A DNA stretch of 18,730 bases from a virus (lineage: Duplodnaviria > Heunggongvirae > Uroviricota > Caudoviricetes): the IMG/VR virus record IMGVR_UViG_2695420817_000007; one strand, written 5' to 3'. Shown one piece after another: positions 16,776 through 18,730 of the stretch. Each line of letters opens with the position of its first letter. Within the stretch, counting starts at the first letter, position 1. Below the pieces are notes generated by a model. That model worked only from the letters and a program-made list of their open reading frames with translations, had not been told where the DNA came from and searched no databases. The position numbers and the translations under genes were made by a program.

Positions 16776-17735
16776 TTACTCCTTGTTCATTGCGTACAGC
16801 CCATTAACCAGAGCAAATTGTGGCACTCCGTCCGCGATGAAAGTCGCATTAACTCCGCAGGCTTCGCGGATAGCGGGTGCCACAATCTCCGCCCCGCCAC
16901 CGACAACCATCACCCGCCCGTAACCCGAAAAAACCGCCAGCGCGCGGATCACGCGTTGTTTCAGTGTTTCTTCCTTTTCACGAATAACCGCCATCAGGCT
17001 GGCGTAATGCGCGTCATTGTGGATGTGCTGGCGCAGCCAGGCTTCATCATGGCGATGTTCGATAATGGTATTGGCGATGTGGTGACTGGTGCGCATACCG
17101 TTAGTGGCCATCACCGACAGTACGGCATCGGCCATCAGGGAAACGCCTACGTGTGGATCGCAAAACACCTGGCTGATACCTGCCAGTTGTCCCTGAACCT
17201 TTGCCACATCCAGCGTGGTTCCGCCTAAATCCACAATCAGCAGGGATTCAAACGGACTCATGTCAGCCAGTGCTTTAAAACCAGCCGGAATGGATTCAGG
17301 CATAACCCGTACGTTACGGATAGTGAATGCTTTTCCGTTCTGGTACGCCACCGGGCGCATGACGTTTGCTTTTTTGCGGTTGATGTTGGCCATGTCCGGC
17401 TGTGCGTTTGTGTCGAAATATTCGCTCAGTGGCAGGGTGACAACCACATCCACTTCCTGTGGTGTGATGCCTGATTTGACCAGCGCGTGATGAATGGCAA
17501 TGACATTCACATCGCTGTACTGGTATTGCGTGTCGGTCGTCTGGACAAAGCGATCGCTGACCGGATCAAAACCATAGCGCACGCCATCAAGCATGTAGTT
17601 CGCGGGCTGCGTGCCACCGAACGGCGCAGACCATTCCGACTTGAAGCTGTTCGGGCTGATGGCGTTGCGGCGTTCGCCGTTCTCAGTCCATGCCAGCTTG
17701 ATGTTGGTGGAGCCGTCATCGATACAAATTTTCAT
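16776..17735 (-). CDS. parM: ParM-like actin-family segregation ATPase (type II partition)
   Basis: 319 aa; N-terminal phosphate-1 motif MKICIDDGSTNIKLAW (R1 ParM: MLVFIDDGSTNIKLQW); further matches YSDVNVIAIHHAL, VMPESIPAG, LIVDLGGTTLD, GVSL, FSGY..V.VVGGGAEI, LVNGLY. Confidence 0.9.
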   Translation of the reverse strand: MKICIDDGSTNIKLAWTENGERRNAISPNSFKSEWSAPFGGTQPANYMLDGVRYGFDPVSDRFVQTTDTQYQYSDVNVIAIHHALVKSGITPQEVDVVVTLPLSEYFDTNAQPDMANINRKKANVMRPVAYQNGKAFTIRNVRVMPESIPAGFKALADMSPFESLLIVDLGGTTLDVAKVQGQLAGISQVFCDPHVGVSLMADAVLSVMATNGMRTSHHIANTIIEHRHDEAWLRQHIHNDAHYASLMAVIREKEETLKQRVIRALAVFSGYGRVMVVGGGAEIVAPAIREACGVNATFIADGVPQFALVNGLYAMNKE

Positions 17736-17811
17736 GTCGCTTTTCCTTATGTTGATTAATTAATCGTTTACGGGATTCTGAAATCCCGTTTTTGCCTGTT
17801 TTATGCGCGCT

Positions 17812-18721
<910 letters not shown>

Positions 18722-18730
18722 TAGCTTTCT

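Overview
This window is the late (structural, packaging, lysis) region of a P2-like (Peduovirus-type) temperate phage or prophage, in reverse orientation to the canonical P2 map, flanked by two accessory loci. Calls rest on reading the supplied ORF translations against remembered P2 family proteins; no searches were run. On the minus strand, from high to low coordinates, the P2 gene order is recognisable: O (scaffold), N (major capsid), M (terminase endonuclease subunit), L (head completion), X, a lysis cassette (holin, M15-peptidase endolysin, nested LysB/LysC spanins), R, S, V, W, J, I, H (tail fibre) and G (tail fibre assembly). P (terminase ATPase) and Q (portal) run divergently on the plus strand. 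The left accessory locus (1-1363) sits where P2 carries Z/fun, between G and the sheath operon. It holds a very AT-rich gene for a family-9 glycosyltransferase-like protein (heptosyltransferase fold) with unusual terminal extensions, abutted by the terminal 104 bp of IS1. The right accessory locus (about 15320-18730) sits where P2 carries cos/old/tin, beyond Q. It holds a palindrome-rich non-coding stretch, an 89-aa hypothetical gene with its own terminator, a candidate structured RNA, a ParM/ParR type II partition pair with upstream parC-like repeats, and a 279-aa protein of unknown function. No rRNA, tRNA or CRISPR array was seen. The strongest candidates for something new are the glycosyltransferase-like cargo gene and the plasmid-type partition module with its unknown neighbours inside a phage late-region hotspot. 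Fine coordinates of small motifs were counted by hand and may be off by 1-2 nt.
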